The position numbers were made by a program, and so were the translations under genes. From the NCBI RefSeq assembly GCF_963676685.1, contig NC_092346.1, positions 99,820,001 through 99,884,000 on the forward strand: 64,000 bases of DNA, given 5' to 3'. Position 1 is the first letter of the stretch. Each line of letters opens with the position of its first letter. Source of the stretch: Mytilus edulis (lineage: Eukaryota). Under the pieces are notes generated by a model. It was not told the origin of the DNA and did no database searches. It saw only the letters and a list, made by a program, of their open reading frames with translations. Positions 24,669 to 38,102 of this stretch are shown here, piece after piece.

Positions 24669-25519
24669 GTCTCTTATTGAAGTTATTTTTCGTAAATGCT
24701 TACATATTATTATATTTGTTCTTTTATAGCAATTGCCGATGATTTTTTCAGATTCAGTAGAATTTATCAAATACACGGAAATAATATTGTTCTCAATCAG
24801 CCTTTTAAATTTCAGTTAATTCAAACAAAGCTATTTAAATTTTGCGTAATCAAGCATATATTGTAAATATCCGTATATATGAACTTGCTTCAAGGAGTGG
24901 AAAAAACAACGTAACCATTCAAGGGCATTCAATTAATTCCAGTAATAAAGATATAAATAGAAATATTTGGAAACCGTCAATCATTTTATTTCAGAGGATT
25001 TCATTCATTATATCCTGTAAAGAATACAACACCACGACCTGACGTGTTACTGGAACTACATCTCTACTAATGGGACTGCTCAGGATAATATTATGACGTG
25101 TTACTGGAACTACATCTCTACTAATGGGACCGCTCATGATAATATTATGAAATTTGCATGCTTCTTCAACAAAAGGAGCTATTTATATAATTATAAATAA
25201 GTTTTTTATTCTCCGAGATGTAGCAAAATGATTTTTAAATCGTCACCAGATCGGTTGCATTTGGAAACTTGTTGAAAGAAAACAAAGATACTTTTGTGGT
25301 TTTATATATGATCTTCCGCAGTTATGATACTTAACTCGAGATATTTAATTTAACCTAGATGGCATTTAATAACACTTGCTGAAATTATCAAAACACATAT
25401 TATTAATTATATTTAATCTTAATTTTAAGTTCTCTTATAGAGAAATGAGATTGACGGAGCCCCTGAGGTTAGCCTTGATTTGTATGAAGCTCAAATTAAT
25501 TAAGCTTTTGTGTATTAAT

Positions 25520-26090
25520 TTTACTTTCTTTTCTTTCCCTCATTTTTTTTTTGGTTGGAATTTGGTTGTTTTTCGACTCTTTACTTTAATGGTTTTCTGG
25601 ACTGTTTTTATTTTATCTTTTTCTTTATTTTTGTTTTCCAACTTATTGTTTTGCTGGACTGTTTGTTTTTATTTTATCTTTTTCCTTATTTTTGTGTTCA
25701 AACTTATTGTTTTGATGGACTATTTTTTTTCTTTTTGGTCATGATTTTCTTTCAATTTTTTTTTTTATTCAAGGTTTATTTTGTTTTTCTTTTCTATTTG
25801 GTCAGGGTATTGTTTGTTATTCTTTCCATTGTTTTTACTTTTGGACAGGGTATTGTTTGTTTAAAATATTCATTGTGTCCCCCTTTTGGTCAGGGTTTTG
25901 TTTATTTTTCTATCCATTGTTTTAACTTTTGGCCGAGGTTTTGTTTGGTTTTTCTATTCATTGTTCTCTTTTTGATCATGTTTTTTTCCATTGATTTCTT
26001 TTGGTCAGAGTTTAAATTTTTGCTATCCTTTGTTTTCCTTCTGGTCAGTGTATTGTATATTTATCCATTGCACTTTTTTGTTGTTTTATA
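25520..26090. repeat. T-rich degenerate ~40-bp tandem tract (also 32700-33280)
   Basis: Recurring ttggtcagggt(a/t)ttgttt...tccattg in a very T-rich stretch; absent upstream of copy 1. Confidence 0.7.
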
Positions 26091-26979
26091 ATGACCACTC
26101 TCTTGAGTCATATCGCTAAGTCATATGTCTTGTGTTGTATTTTATGGACAGTTTCAATGCCTATTTTATTTTTGCCTTTGGGTTAAGTACCAATGATGTT
26201 TGTTTCTGTTGTACATTTATAGTTTGTATCCCCCTTTTAACAATGTGACGTTTGATTCTTGATTCTTGTTTATTTTTACTGCTATTTTAATACAATACGA
26301 TAAGGCAGAACGACATTTGATAGAAATTCAAACTGTTTAGTTGCTATTTAAAATTTAAAAGCGAAATTTTCATTATCATTGTCCATGATACTTGCGCACA
26401 CTCTTCTTCAGAACTCTTGACTAAGATAATCGTATCATAGAATTGTTTCGATTCAATTAGAATGATACAAAATATTCAAATAATTGGGAATTTTATAGTT
26501 TTTTGTTGTTTGATATCTTTTTCCTAGTAAAATGTCATTCTGACATGGTCTTATCACAATCTTAGCTCAAAGTAGCTTGTAAATCGTTATTCTTAAAAAG
26601 ACCAATTGATTATTTAATAACCGGAAATTTCAACCTCACACAATCTAGTAAGACACTATAAACAATTCTTAAAAATTAAATTAAACGATGTTTATTCTTA
26701 AACATGTCATTAATACTGTCCGATATGTATCTCTCTAGAACAAAACATATTTAACTGTAGATTAATCCGATTTGAAATTATGTGCCAACTGTGTATTTCC
26801 TGATACAGCGATTTAATATTTCCATGTATGTTAAATAAAGGTCTTCATAAAAATCAATATAATATGGTTGGTTAGGCATTCCTATATATATATTATTCCA
26901 TATATGCCAAGTTTAAATTGGACTTATTCCAACATTCAAAAAGCCGCATATGACGCAGGTTTTTGACTGCAAATCTGGC

Positions 26980-26993
26980 ATAATTATAATAAA

Positions 26994-27072
<79 letters not shown>
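26980..27072. repeat. (AAT)n microsatellite
   Basis: Long AAT run; the equivalent position in unit B is the N gap. Confidence 0.95.
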
Positions 27073-27077
<5 letters not shown>

Positions 27078-27203
27078 GAGTATTAATAATAAAAATAAGA
27101 TATTAATAATAATATTAACTATAATTATAAAAGTAAAAATAAAACACCATAATTTGATGATAATTTGATTGTTGCCAATTTGACAACAGAAAATCGACAT
27201 TCA

Positions 27204-27941
27204 TTTTTAGCTCACCTGGCCAGAAGGGCCAAGTGAGCTTTTCTCATCACTTGGCGTCCGTCGTTCGTCGTCGTCTGTCGTCGGTAACTTTTACAAAAAT
27301 CTTCTCCTCTGAAACTACTGGGCAAAATTTAACCAAACTTGACCACAATCATAATTGGGATATTTAGTATAAAACAAATGTCCAGTCACCTGGCCAAACA
27401 ACCAAGATGACCACCATGGCTAAAAATAGAACATAGGGGTAAAATGTAGAGTTTGTCTTATATCTCTTTAACCAAAGTATTTAGAGCAAATCTGACGGAG
27501 TTAAATTGTTGATAAGGTCAAGATCTATCTGTCCTGACATTCTCAGATGAATCGGACAACCCGTTGTTAGGTTGCTGTCGCTGAATTGGTAATTTTAAGG
27601 AAAGTTTGCCGTTTTTGGTTATTATCTTGAATATTATCATAGATAGAGATAATCTGTAAACAGGAATAATGTTCCGCAAAGTAAGATCTACAAATAAGTT
27701 ACAAGACCGAAATGGTCAATTGACCCCTTAAGGAGTTTTTGTCATTTATAGTAAATTGTTTACAATTTTCATAAATTTTGTAAATTTTTACAAAATACTC
27801 CACTGTTACTGGGCCGAGTTCATTATAGATAGAGATAATTGTAAGCAACAAGAATATTAAGTAAAGTAAGACCTACAAACACATCACCGTAACCAAAACA
27901 CAATTTTGTCATGAGTCCACCAGTGTCCTCTGTTTAATATG
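27204..27941 (+). mobile_element. HINE/Helentron-like non-autonomous element, truncated at the duplication junction
   Basis: Starts tttttagctcacctggcc..ggccaagtgagc, then a cgtc microsatellite-like tract; the fuller copy is at 34503-35447. Confidence 0.65.
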
Positions 27942-28184
27942 AGGCCACATTCACTTTTGACAAAAACCATCTAAAAAGTGACGTTTTTTGGCATATATGA
28001 TAGATTTTTCATATTTAAGCTTGAATCAGAGCGTTTTTAATGACTAAATCAGTTCAAATCTTTCACATAAACTAATCGAATCAATTGAAATAGACACTTA
28101 AGTGTTTAAAAAGTGTCCAAAAACTTTCGTTAGATGAACCTGAAATTTGAGGCCAAAATCGGCCCTAACCGGACCTTCTCCTTT
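27942..28184 (-). mobile_element. Terminal fragment of the MITE family at 38775-39360, sitting at the duplication junction
   Basis: Reverse complement of ~38775-39020, ending in the TIR ccggacct(t)ctccttt. Confidence 0.85.
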
Positions 28185-30235
28185 GTACTTTTTCAAAAGG
28201 AATTTGCAGAATTTATCTTCATTCTAAATAAGGAAATACTTTGCACGGGTACATTTTTATCCTGTCCAGCACTAGACAAAATTTCACATACCAATTCATT
28301 GCATATAAGATAATAACCATCACTGGAAGTTAACCAATCAAATATTCACTAGTTCTTTTTCCACTTTGACACGTTTTAGTAAATGTAACCATGTAACCTC
28401 AAATTTCCAAAATGTTGTATATAAACAAGTACATGTAATCATGGAACCTCAAATATCCAAAATGTTCTATATAAACACCAAATGAAATAAGAATGATGCT
28501 TTAAAATACCCAGTATGTATGATTATGACTAAATGTTTTTTTTTCTGCAATGAAGTGTAAAATAAATTTCCTACAACAGTCAAATTCAAGGTAATATTTT
28601 TATTTGACCCTTTTTTATATGCAACCAGATGTGACCTTCTATGATTTGGTGGTACTACACATAAATAAGACTTTGTTTGTTGAATAACCTGAGTGATTTG
28701 TTTGTCATTTAAAATGCTGGTTATTTCACTGTAAAATTTTGTCATAATCTGTTCAGTAGTTTAATAAAATCTAGTATATTGTAAGACGACATCATCAGAG
28801 ATTCGGGCAAATGTTTTCGAATAATTTGTTACTATTTTTTTTTATTGATAGGTTTTATTTAGAATGAGTTATACTGCAACTAGTTGTGTTTATTTCCTAA
28901 ATATAGTAACAACTATATTCTGCGCAATTTCAACTTCATCATGGATCATTTTCACCACAATTATCAAGGGATAAAAATAAATATAATATTTGTGTTTCGA
29001 TTTAAAAAAAAATTCCATGTATCAAATTAAGTTGCAGTATAAAAACAATAGTATGTCAATTGGTAAAACGCCCTTCCCCAGTTTCTCAGCCTCATACAAA
29101 AGAGTTTATATTTTTCTAACATTGACCTAGTATTGTATATGAAGATATAGTACAACATAACTAAAGTAGGAGAAAAAGAACTTAAAGAAAACAAAACACA
29201 ATTAGAAAAGAAATACAATAAACAAAATATTTCTATGGACTACAGACACAAATGGTAAATTAACCCAAGTGCTTCGGATGAATAATGAAGCAGTTCCATT
29301 ATATGATAAAAACACAAGGCAAAAATAAATCGGAAGATTACAAAGATTGTTTGGATCAATATGCAGTTCCGATATACTCGCCAATTATATTATATGATAA
29401 AGTGTATAAACATGGCAAAATCCTAATGCCGTATCACACTCGGCCGATATCATCTATTGGGTCTAAAGGCCCTCGGGCTGATATTGGTATCTCGGGATGG
29501 TACGGCATGTGATACGGACTTTGCCATGTATTATTATCTGTGTATCACATGTCAAGGGCAGATAAATACGACGTATAGCAACCTCAGACGAAATTCAACA
29601 TCAGCATTAATACGACATCATCATCAGTTGAGTAGTTTAATAGCAAACACATTTAAGGCCTAATGAAAAAAGCGCTAGTTTTGTTATATTTTTTTATTAC
29701 ACATCTAATATTATCAGAAGAGTAATTGTAGTGTGTAGATGAACTTAACACCGGATTGTCCTATCAAATTTAAGACAAAACAAATTTAGTTCATCTTAAC
29801 CTTTTACATCGCAGACATCGATTCTGGTGCTCTCGTCCTTTTCTCTTACTTTAACTGTACTGATGATTCTGGGAAGGTATGTTCCATCCATGTATAAAAT
29901 CAACTGTCACACCACTGATACTGGGAAGGTATGTTTCGTACATGTACATCAACTGTCACACCGCTGATACTTATAAAGTATGTTCGATTCATGTAAATTA
30001 ACTGTCACGCCGCCGATACAGGGACGGTATGTTAATTAACTGCTTATTTTATACAGCTGATACGTCAATCGTTGGTATACCCGAATATGTTACCCTAGTA
30101 ACGCAAGTATTCATGTTATTTGTTGTTTTCCTACGATTTATATCTATCCATCTCACATTCACTGTGAGTATATCTTTCCATCTCACATTCACTGTGATTA
30201 TGCATAGTTTTTAATAAAAGAAGGAATATATCACG

Positions 30236-31886
30236 CTAAACAATGTAATATGGTGGTGAATGATTATTTCCACTTTTTACGGGAATGGTAGCATGTTGTT
30301 TTGCTGGTCTCACTTGAATTGTCTTGTGTTGTATCTCTACAATTGAAAGAAATCTTGTTTTTGAAATAGAATCATTGTTGTTATATTCTAAATTATTCAA
30401 TGTTATTTTTTTTTAGTTGATGAAAGGAAACATGTATTACATAAAAATATATGTTTTGTAATGACAACTTATATACTATTGAAAGCGATTGGTAATTATT
30501 AAAACAACAAGATGTTCTAAGTAAAAACATTTCATATTTCTTTGAAAAGATATATCCCCTTTTAATTTCTAGAGGACATTGTATTTCAATCTTCTGACGC
30601 ATGAAAGCACTGTTATTCAGTTTACAGTGATCGCACTGTGATACCTTAAACACTTCTTTCAGATAACAAAAGTGTGACAATTCATTTATAAAATCTCGTT
30701 ATCATAATATTTTTAAAGGTTTTTATAACAGGATACTGATGGAGAAATTGCACATAGCAGTACATACAAAAAAAAACGGCTGTGTAAAAATATTAATTTA
30801 GTTGTTTAGGAACTGTTCTTTCATCATTGTTTATCTGCCGTTTACCATTAGAATTAAACGTAAATATTAATATTGGCCGTGTTACATATCTCACTCGAAT
30901 ACAGACAGTAACAAAAAATAAATATTGATATGTAAGGAAGTCATTATAATAACTGGCTACGTTTTTTACTCGTATACAGCCAGTAAAGAAAATTTTTTAC
31001 GAAATAAAGATAGTGTAATAACTGCCTGTATGATTAATTGACGCAGATAATGTATTTTGTCACAAAAGATACAGAGTGTTGATTTTATCACATTTGTAGA
31101 AACTAGATTCAACGATAAGCAATTTACACCTACCTGTACATTTTGAATAAACAACACAAACAACGGCAAGTAAAATTCCAAGTCCTACAGAAGACAATAT
31201 CACCAATACTATCATACCACTGAAATACAAAAAAACATCATTCAATGCTTTACATACTTCAATTATCAAATATTGATAATATATGACCCAACAGTAACCT
31301 TCTGCCATTTTGAAGCTCTTGGTCGGTTCGCTGTCACCTCGACACATTCCCCATTTACATTATCAATTTTGAAAGAATGCGTGGGGTATACGCCAAAAAA
31401 GAAAAGAAAAAAAAAGAAAACTAAACAAACAATCTTACTTATTGAACATAGAGACGAAATGCATGACGGTTCGATAAAGAAAATCAACATTTTTTGAGAT
31501 TATTAATTACAATTTACTTACTTAATTGATAAACATAGAGATGTTCCAGTGCAATAAAGACCTTCTGGACAACACCATGTGCCACCTGTACATTGATGAT
31601 AGGTTGCTGGACATTCCTCTTGTGGAGCTAAAGTAAAAAATATTGCCGATGTTAAAATCAGGAAAAACTATTGCTTTAAAATTAATCATTTTAGCTTACA
31701 AAAATGATGAGAAAAAACTAAAAAAAACTGAGTTTACCTTTGGTCCAAAGGACATCCGATAATTGTTATTGAAAAATAAAAAAAAATGAATTAAACATAT
31801 TATATAGATTACGTACCTTGACAAGATACTTCTAATATTACATTGAAAAAAGTTAAAAGAAATACGTAAACATATGTAACATCCAT
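30236..31886 (-). CDS. Small single-pass membrane protein with six-cysteine ectodomain, copy 3 (120 aa)
   Basis: Exons 31886-31817, 31627-31522, 31219-31134, 30336-30236. Same protein as copy 2 except GNNHSPPYYIV (His to Asn). Confidence 0.88.
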
Positions 31887-34168
31887 GTCTCTTATTGAAG
31901 TTTTTTTTCGTAAATGCTTACATATTATTATATTTGTTCTTTTATAGCAATTGCCGATGATTTTTTTCAGATTCAGTAGAATTTATCAAATACACGGAAA
32001 TAATATTGTTCTCAATCAGCCTTTTAAATTTCAGTTAATTCAAACAAAGCTATTTAAATTTTGCGTAATCAAGCATATATTGTAAATATCCGTATATATG
32101 AACTTGCTTCAAGGAGTGGAAAAAACAACGTAACCATTCAAGGGCATTCAATTAATTCCAGTAATAAAGATATAAATAGAAATATTTGGAAACCGTCAAT
32201 CATTTTATTTCAGAGGATTTCATTCATTATGTCCTGTAAAGAATACAACACCACGACATGACGTGTTACTGGAACTACATCTCTACTAATGGGACTGCTC
32301 AGGATAATATTATGACGTGTTACTGGAACTACATCTCTACTAATGGGACTGCTCAGGATAATATTATGAACTTTGCATGCTTCTTCAACAAAAGGAGCTA
32401 TTTATATAATTATAAATAAGTTTTTTATTCTCCGAGATGCAGCAAAATGATTTTTAAATCGTCACCAGATCGGTTGCATTTGGAAACTTGTTTAAAGAAA
32501 ACAAAGATACTTTTTGTGGTTTTATATATGATCTTCCGCAGTTATGATACTTAACTCGAGATATTTAATTTAACCTAGATGGCATTTAATAACACTTGCT
32601 GAAATTATCAAAACACATATTATTAATTATATTTAATCGGAGCCCCTGAGGTTAGCCTTGGTTTGTATGAAGCTCAAATTAATTAAGCTTTTGTGTATTA
32701 ATTTTACTTTCTTTTCTTTCCGTCATTTTTTTTTTTTTTGGTTTGAATCTGGTTGTTTTTCGACTCTTTACTTTGATGGTTTTCTGGACTGTTTTTATTT
32801 TATCTTTTTCTTTTTTTTTGTTTTCCAACTTATTGTTTTGCTGGACTGTTTGTTTTTATTTTATCTTTTTCCTTATTTTTGTGTTCAAACTTATTGTTTT
32901 GATGGACTATTTTTTTTCTTTTTGGTCATGATTTTCTTTCAATTTCTTTTTTTTATTCAAGGTTTATTTTGTATTTCTTTTCTATTTGGTCAGGGTATTG
33001 TTTGTTATTCTTTCCATTGTTTTTACTTTTGGTCAGGGTATTGTTTGTTTAAAATATTCATTGTGTCCCCCTTTTGGTCAGGGTTTTGTTAATTTTTCTA
33101 TCCATTGTTTTAACTTTTGGCCGAGGTTTTGTTTGGTTTTTCCATTCATTGTTTTCTTTTTGATCATGTTTTTTTCCATTGATTTCTTTTGGTCAGAGTT
33201 TGAATTTTTGCTATCCTTTGTTTTCCTTCTGGTCAGTGTATTGTATATTTATCCATTGCACTTTTTCGTTGTTTTATAATGACCACCCCCTTGAGTCATA
33301 TCGCTAAGTCATATGTCTTGTGTTGTATTTTATGGACAGTTTCAATGCCTATTTTATTTTTACCTTTGTACCAATGATGTTTGTTTCTGTTGTACATTTA
33401 TTTCTGTTGTACATTTATATTTTATATCCCCCTTTTAACAATGTGACGTTTGATTCTTGATTCTTGTTTATTTTTACTGCTATTTTAATACAATCCGATA
33501 AGACAGAACGACATTTGATAGAAATTCAAACTGTTTAGTTGCTATTTAAAATTTAAAAGCGAAATTTTCATTATCATTGTCCATGATACTTGCGCACACT
33601 CTTCTTCAGAACTCTTGACTAAGATAATCGTATCATAGAATTGTTTCGATTCAATTAGAATGATACAAAATATTCAAATAATTGGGAATTTTATAGTTTT
33701 TTGTTGTTTGATATCTTTTTCCTAGTAAAATGTCATTCTGACATGGTCTTATCACAATCTTAGCTCAAAGTAGCTTGTAAATCGTTATTCATAAAAAGAC
33801 CAATTGATTATTTAATAACCGGAAATTTCAACCTCACACAATCTAGTAAGACACTATAAACAATTCTTAAAAATTAAATTAAACGATGTTTATTCTTAAA
33901 CATGTCATCAATACTGTCCGATATGTATCTCTCTAGAACAAAACATATTTAACTGTAGATTAATCCCATTTGAAATTATGTGCCAACTGTGTATTTCCTG
34001 ATACAGCGATTTAATATTTCCATATATGTTAAATAAAGGTCTTCATAAAAATCAATATAATATGGTTGGTTAGGCATTCCTATATATATATTATTCCATA
34101 TATGCCAAGTTTAAATTGGACTTATTCCAACATTCAAAAAGCCACACATGACGCAGGTTTTTGACTGC

Positions 34169-34395
34169 NNNNNNNNNNNNNNNNNNNNNNNNNNNNNNNN
34201 NNNNNNNNNNNNNNNNNNNNNNNNNNNNNNNNNNNNNNNNNNNNNNNNNNNNNNNNNNNNNNNNNNNNNNNNNNNNNNNNNNNNNNNNNNNNNNNNNNNN
34301 NNNNNNNNNNNNNNNNNNNNNNNNNNNNNNNNNNNNNNNNNNNNNNNNNNNNNNNNNNNNNNNNNNNNNNNNNNNNNNNNNNNNNNNNNNNNNNN
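34169..34395. other. Assembly gap (227 N) over the (AAT)n tract of unit B
   Basis: Run of N; the flanks match those of the AAT tract in unit A. Confidence 0.99.
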
Positions 34396-34502
34396 AAGAT
34401 ATTAATAATAATATTAACTATAATTATAAAAGTAAAAATAAAACACCATAATTTGATGATAATTTGATTGTTGCCAATTTGACAACAGAAAATCGACATT
34501 CA

Positions 34503-35447
34503 TTTTTAGCTCACCTGGCCAGAAGGGCCAAGTGAGCTTTTCTCATCACTTGGCGTCCGTTGTTCGTCGTCGTCTGTCGTCGGTAACTTTTACAAAAATC
34601 TTCTCCTCTGAAACTACTGGGCAAAATTTAACCAAACTTGACCACAATCATAATTGGGATATTTAGTATAAAACAAATGTCCAGTCACCTGGCCAAACAA
34701 CCAAGATGGCCACCATGGCTTAAAATAGAACATAGGGGTAAAATGTAGAGTTTGTCTTATATCTCTTTAACCAAAGTATTTAGAGCAAATCTGATGGAGT
34801 TAAATTGTTGATAAGGTCAAGATCTATCTGTCCTGACAACCCGTTGTTAGGTTGCTGTCGCTGAATTGGTAATTTTAAGGAAAGTTTGCCGTTTTTGGTT
34901 ATTATCTTGAATATTATCATAAATAGAGATAATCTGTAAACAAGAATAATGTTCCGCAAAGTAAGATCTACAAATAAGTTACAAGACCGAAATGGTCAAT
35001 TGACCCCTTAAGGAGTTTTGGTCATTTATAGTAAATTGTTTACCATTTTCATAAATTTTGTAAATTTTTACAAAATACTCCACTGTTACTGGGCCGAGTT
35101 CATTATAGATAGAGATAATTGTAAGCAGCAATAATATTAAGTAAAGTAAGACCTACAAACACATCACCGTCACCAAAACACAATTTTGTCATGAGTCCAC
35201 CAGTGTCCTCTGTTTAATATGCATATAGACCTAAAGAGGGACGAAAGATACCAGAGGGACAGTCAAACTCATAAATCGAAAACAAACTGACAACGCCATG
35301 GCTAGAAATGAAAAAGACAAATAGAAAAACAATAGTACACATGACACAACATAGAAAACTAAAGAATAAACAACACGAACCCCACCAAAAACTAAGGTGT
35401 TCCGGTTACCAAGGTGAGCAACACAGGCTCTTTAGAGCCTCCAGTTT
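34503..35447 (+). mobile_element. HINE/Helentron-like element with a nested repeat at ~35231-35407
   Basis: 5' tttttagctcacctgg; 3' subterminal inverted copy ccaaggtgagc, then hairpin aggctctttagagcct and ttt. Confidence 0.7.
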
Positions 35448-35803
35448 ATCTTACTGGACATTGCTTTATAGTTCAAAAACGCACTGTTAAAAATTTGCTG
35501 TGCTCTTAACTGTCATGATCAAGATGTTTATGTTTAAATATTAAAGGGGCACTTTCTACATATTCGAGATATATAAAAAAAAATATATATGATTGTGCAT
35601 CATTAATAAGAGTGAAATAGTGAAATAATAATTCGCTTAAAGCAACCAGTATGATTCAATTTTGTCAAAATAAGCTAAAAACAGCGATGGTGAATTATTC
35701 ACTTGCAAGTATATGATCGTCGACAGTCTTCAGAGGTCAACTTGAAGGTTAATAAGATGGTGTATAGACTAAAATACAAACGAAACGATGATATATATCA
35801 AAG

Positions 35804-36218
35804 ATAAACTCATCATAGATACCAGGACTAAAATTTTACACTTACGCCAGACGCACGTTTCGTCTACAAAAGACTCATCAGTGACGCTCGGATCAAAAAA
35901 TGTTTAAAAGGCCAAATCAAGTACGGAGTAAGAGAGCATTGAGGACCAAACATTTCTAAATGTTTTGCCAAATACAGCTAAGGTAATCTATTCATGAAGT
36001 AGAAAAGCCTTAGTATTTCAAAATTCAAAGTTTTGTTTACAGTTAATTTATTATGAACATATCAATGATAACTCAAGTCAGCACAGAAGTGCTGACTACT
36101 GTGCTGGTGATACTCTCAGGGAAATAAATCTCCACCAGCAGTGGCATCGACACAGTAATTGTAAATAAATCATCTTGGATACCAAGACTGAAATTTTACA
36201 CTTTCGCCAGACGCGCGT
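35804..36218 (-). mobile_element. Non-LTR retrozyme-like element: 360-nt monomer plus partial tandem repeat
   Basis: Direct repeat acca(g/a)gact(a/g)aaattttacactt..cgccagacgc at 35821 and 36181 (period 360), overlapping hammerhead cleavage sites. Confidence 0.8.
35844..35887 (-). ncRNA. Type I hammerhead ribozyme, intact core
   Basis: Minus strand reads gcgtca-CTGATGA-gtc(ttttgta)gac-GAAAC-gtgc-GTC^tggcgt; predicted cleavage between 35850 and 35849. Confidence 0.88.
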
Positions 36219-36534
36219 TACGAGCCAGTGCCATGTAAATTGGTTATTTTAGACTTTTTATAATTTGGATAAACTGTAAACCAAATTATTTTTGTGGATA
36301 TTGTATTTCACGTTAAGTCCTTCCTAGTCCATTTTACGTCGATTTATATCACGATTTTCACATTTACTAGATGCAACTAAATAAGGAAAGATCCAAGTTT
36401 AACATGTTCGCGACAAAAATTAATCTCTCGCGAAGATTAGTTGGTTAACAGTACGTTTTAACGTTTTTGGAATTTTGGATCCTCAATGCTCTTCAACTTT
36501 GTACTTGTTTGGCTTTATAAATATTTTGATATGA

Positions 36535-36578
36535 GCGTCACTGATGAGTCTTATGTAGACGAAACACGCGTCTGGCGT
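36535..36578 (+). ncRNA. Type I hammerhead ribozyme, intact core, second subfamily
   Basis: gcgtca-CTGATGA-gtc(ttatgta)gac-GAAAC-acgc-GTC^tggcgt; the flanks differ from the 35844 copy. Confidence 0.88.
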
Positions 36579-38102
36579 ACTAAATTATAATCCTGGTACC
36601 TTTGATAACTAATTAGAATGTTATACATCAAATATGAAAATTTGAGTAAAAAAAAGTGAACATAAAAATGACAGCTAATGCCCCTTTGGTATAATGGATG
36701 TGCAGTAAAAACCGACTGGGCTCTTCTTTTTGTCGACATTTTGATTGTTTAAGTTAACGTGGTATGGGAGTATAAAGTAGAAATGATAGAATTTGTTCAT
36801 ACTTCGCCAAAACGTAGGATCTATTTAAATATGTTCAAAAAATAATAATAAAAATGATAAGTTCCGAGCATTTTCTCAAGCTACAGTTTTTGACAAAATG
36901 ACACATGTATGAATTATACGGGAAAAATATCAGTGTATGAATAAAAGCTACACTAAATGATAGACTTGTAAAACAAAATACGAGAAGATAGCTTTTAGAA
37001 AATGCTTTGATTGTATCAAAGAGGGGCGAAAGATAACAGAGGGCATCCAAACTCATAAATCAGAAATAAACTGACAACGTCATGGTTAAAAATAAAGACA
37101 AACAGACAATAAAAAAGGTTCACAAGACGCAACGTAGAAAACTAAAGTCAAAAGAAACGATAGGGTCCCCGTACTTGTATTACGGATAAAATTCAAAATA
37201 GCAAAATTTCATGTAGATTCCTTCAGAAATGCACTATATCATAGTTACATTGTACCTCCTCTTAAAATAGCTCTTCAAACAAACACAAATCAAGCAAAAT
37301 AACCCTAACTTGTAATAATATTTATACTTATAAGTTAAAATATATCAAATGTATTCTTTTAAATGAAATTTCACATTAGTTATTTGCATTCCTCATTTAA
37401 TAATGCTAATTTGATTGACAATCTGGACCTAAGGTTCTCTATTATTTACAATCCAAGATGGCGAAAGACACCTATACTACCTTAAGAATCGAATGTTACT
37501 TTTAGTCAACTTGTTTGGGTGTAAAAGGGTTGACCAAAATACATTTAGTAATTCCGCGTTTCATTTTGAAAATGTGCGCATAGTCAACACTTGAACAACA
37601 CTATAAAATTACTAATAGAAGCATTCGTTACTTATAATAACATTTGTTTGCTAGGCTCAACACAATTTCTATAAGTTCTATGAAGATTTTCTATGATTTA
37701 TCTATGCACTTTATTGTGGAAGCTCGAGACATCATGAATGTTTCATTTCTTTTTGAAATGAAGGTTAATTTCAGAGGATGCGAAATAGATGTCAGCCAAT
37801 CAAAATTACATATAGTTTATACTTGAAATAGAAACTCTTCTGTGTAAATTATTCCTATTTTGAAATCTTATCTAAACACAACTCATTTATTTTTATCAGT
37901 TGAAGCAATTACATATTCCAAAAACAATGCTCATATTACTCTAATCTTACAATGATAGTCAGACCACTAAACAAAACTAAATGTAGGCTACACGTCAATA
38001 AAGCAGGAATTGATGTAAAGACATCTAGAAGGCACAGTTTAGTCAACAAGAACCGAGTCGACTTAACTTGTCACCATAACCAATTTCATTCCACATATTC
38101 CA

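Larger units (their letters stand above)
20884..27941. repeat. Tandem segmental duplication, unit A (~7.1 kb)
   Basis: Colinear and near-identical to 28182-35221, from tttgtactttttcaaaagg to gtcctctgtttaatatg. Confidence 0.95.
28182..35221. repeat. Tandem segmental duplication, unit B
   Basis: See unit A; differs by scattered substitutions and small indels, e.g. three fewer 49-bp units. Confidence 0.95.

Noticed and set aside
25376-26091. Phe-rich ORFs (also 32658-33279)
   Set aside because: T-rich low-complexity tract; the frames are not preserved between the duplicated copies.
26913-27200. Poly-Ile ORFs
   Set aside because: Translations of the (AAT)n microsatellite.
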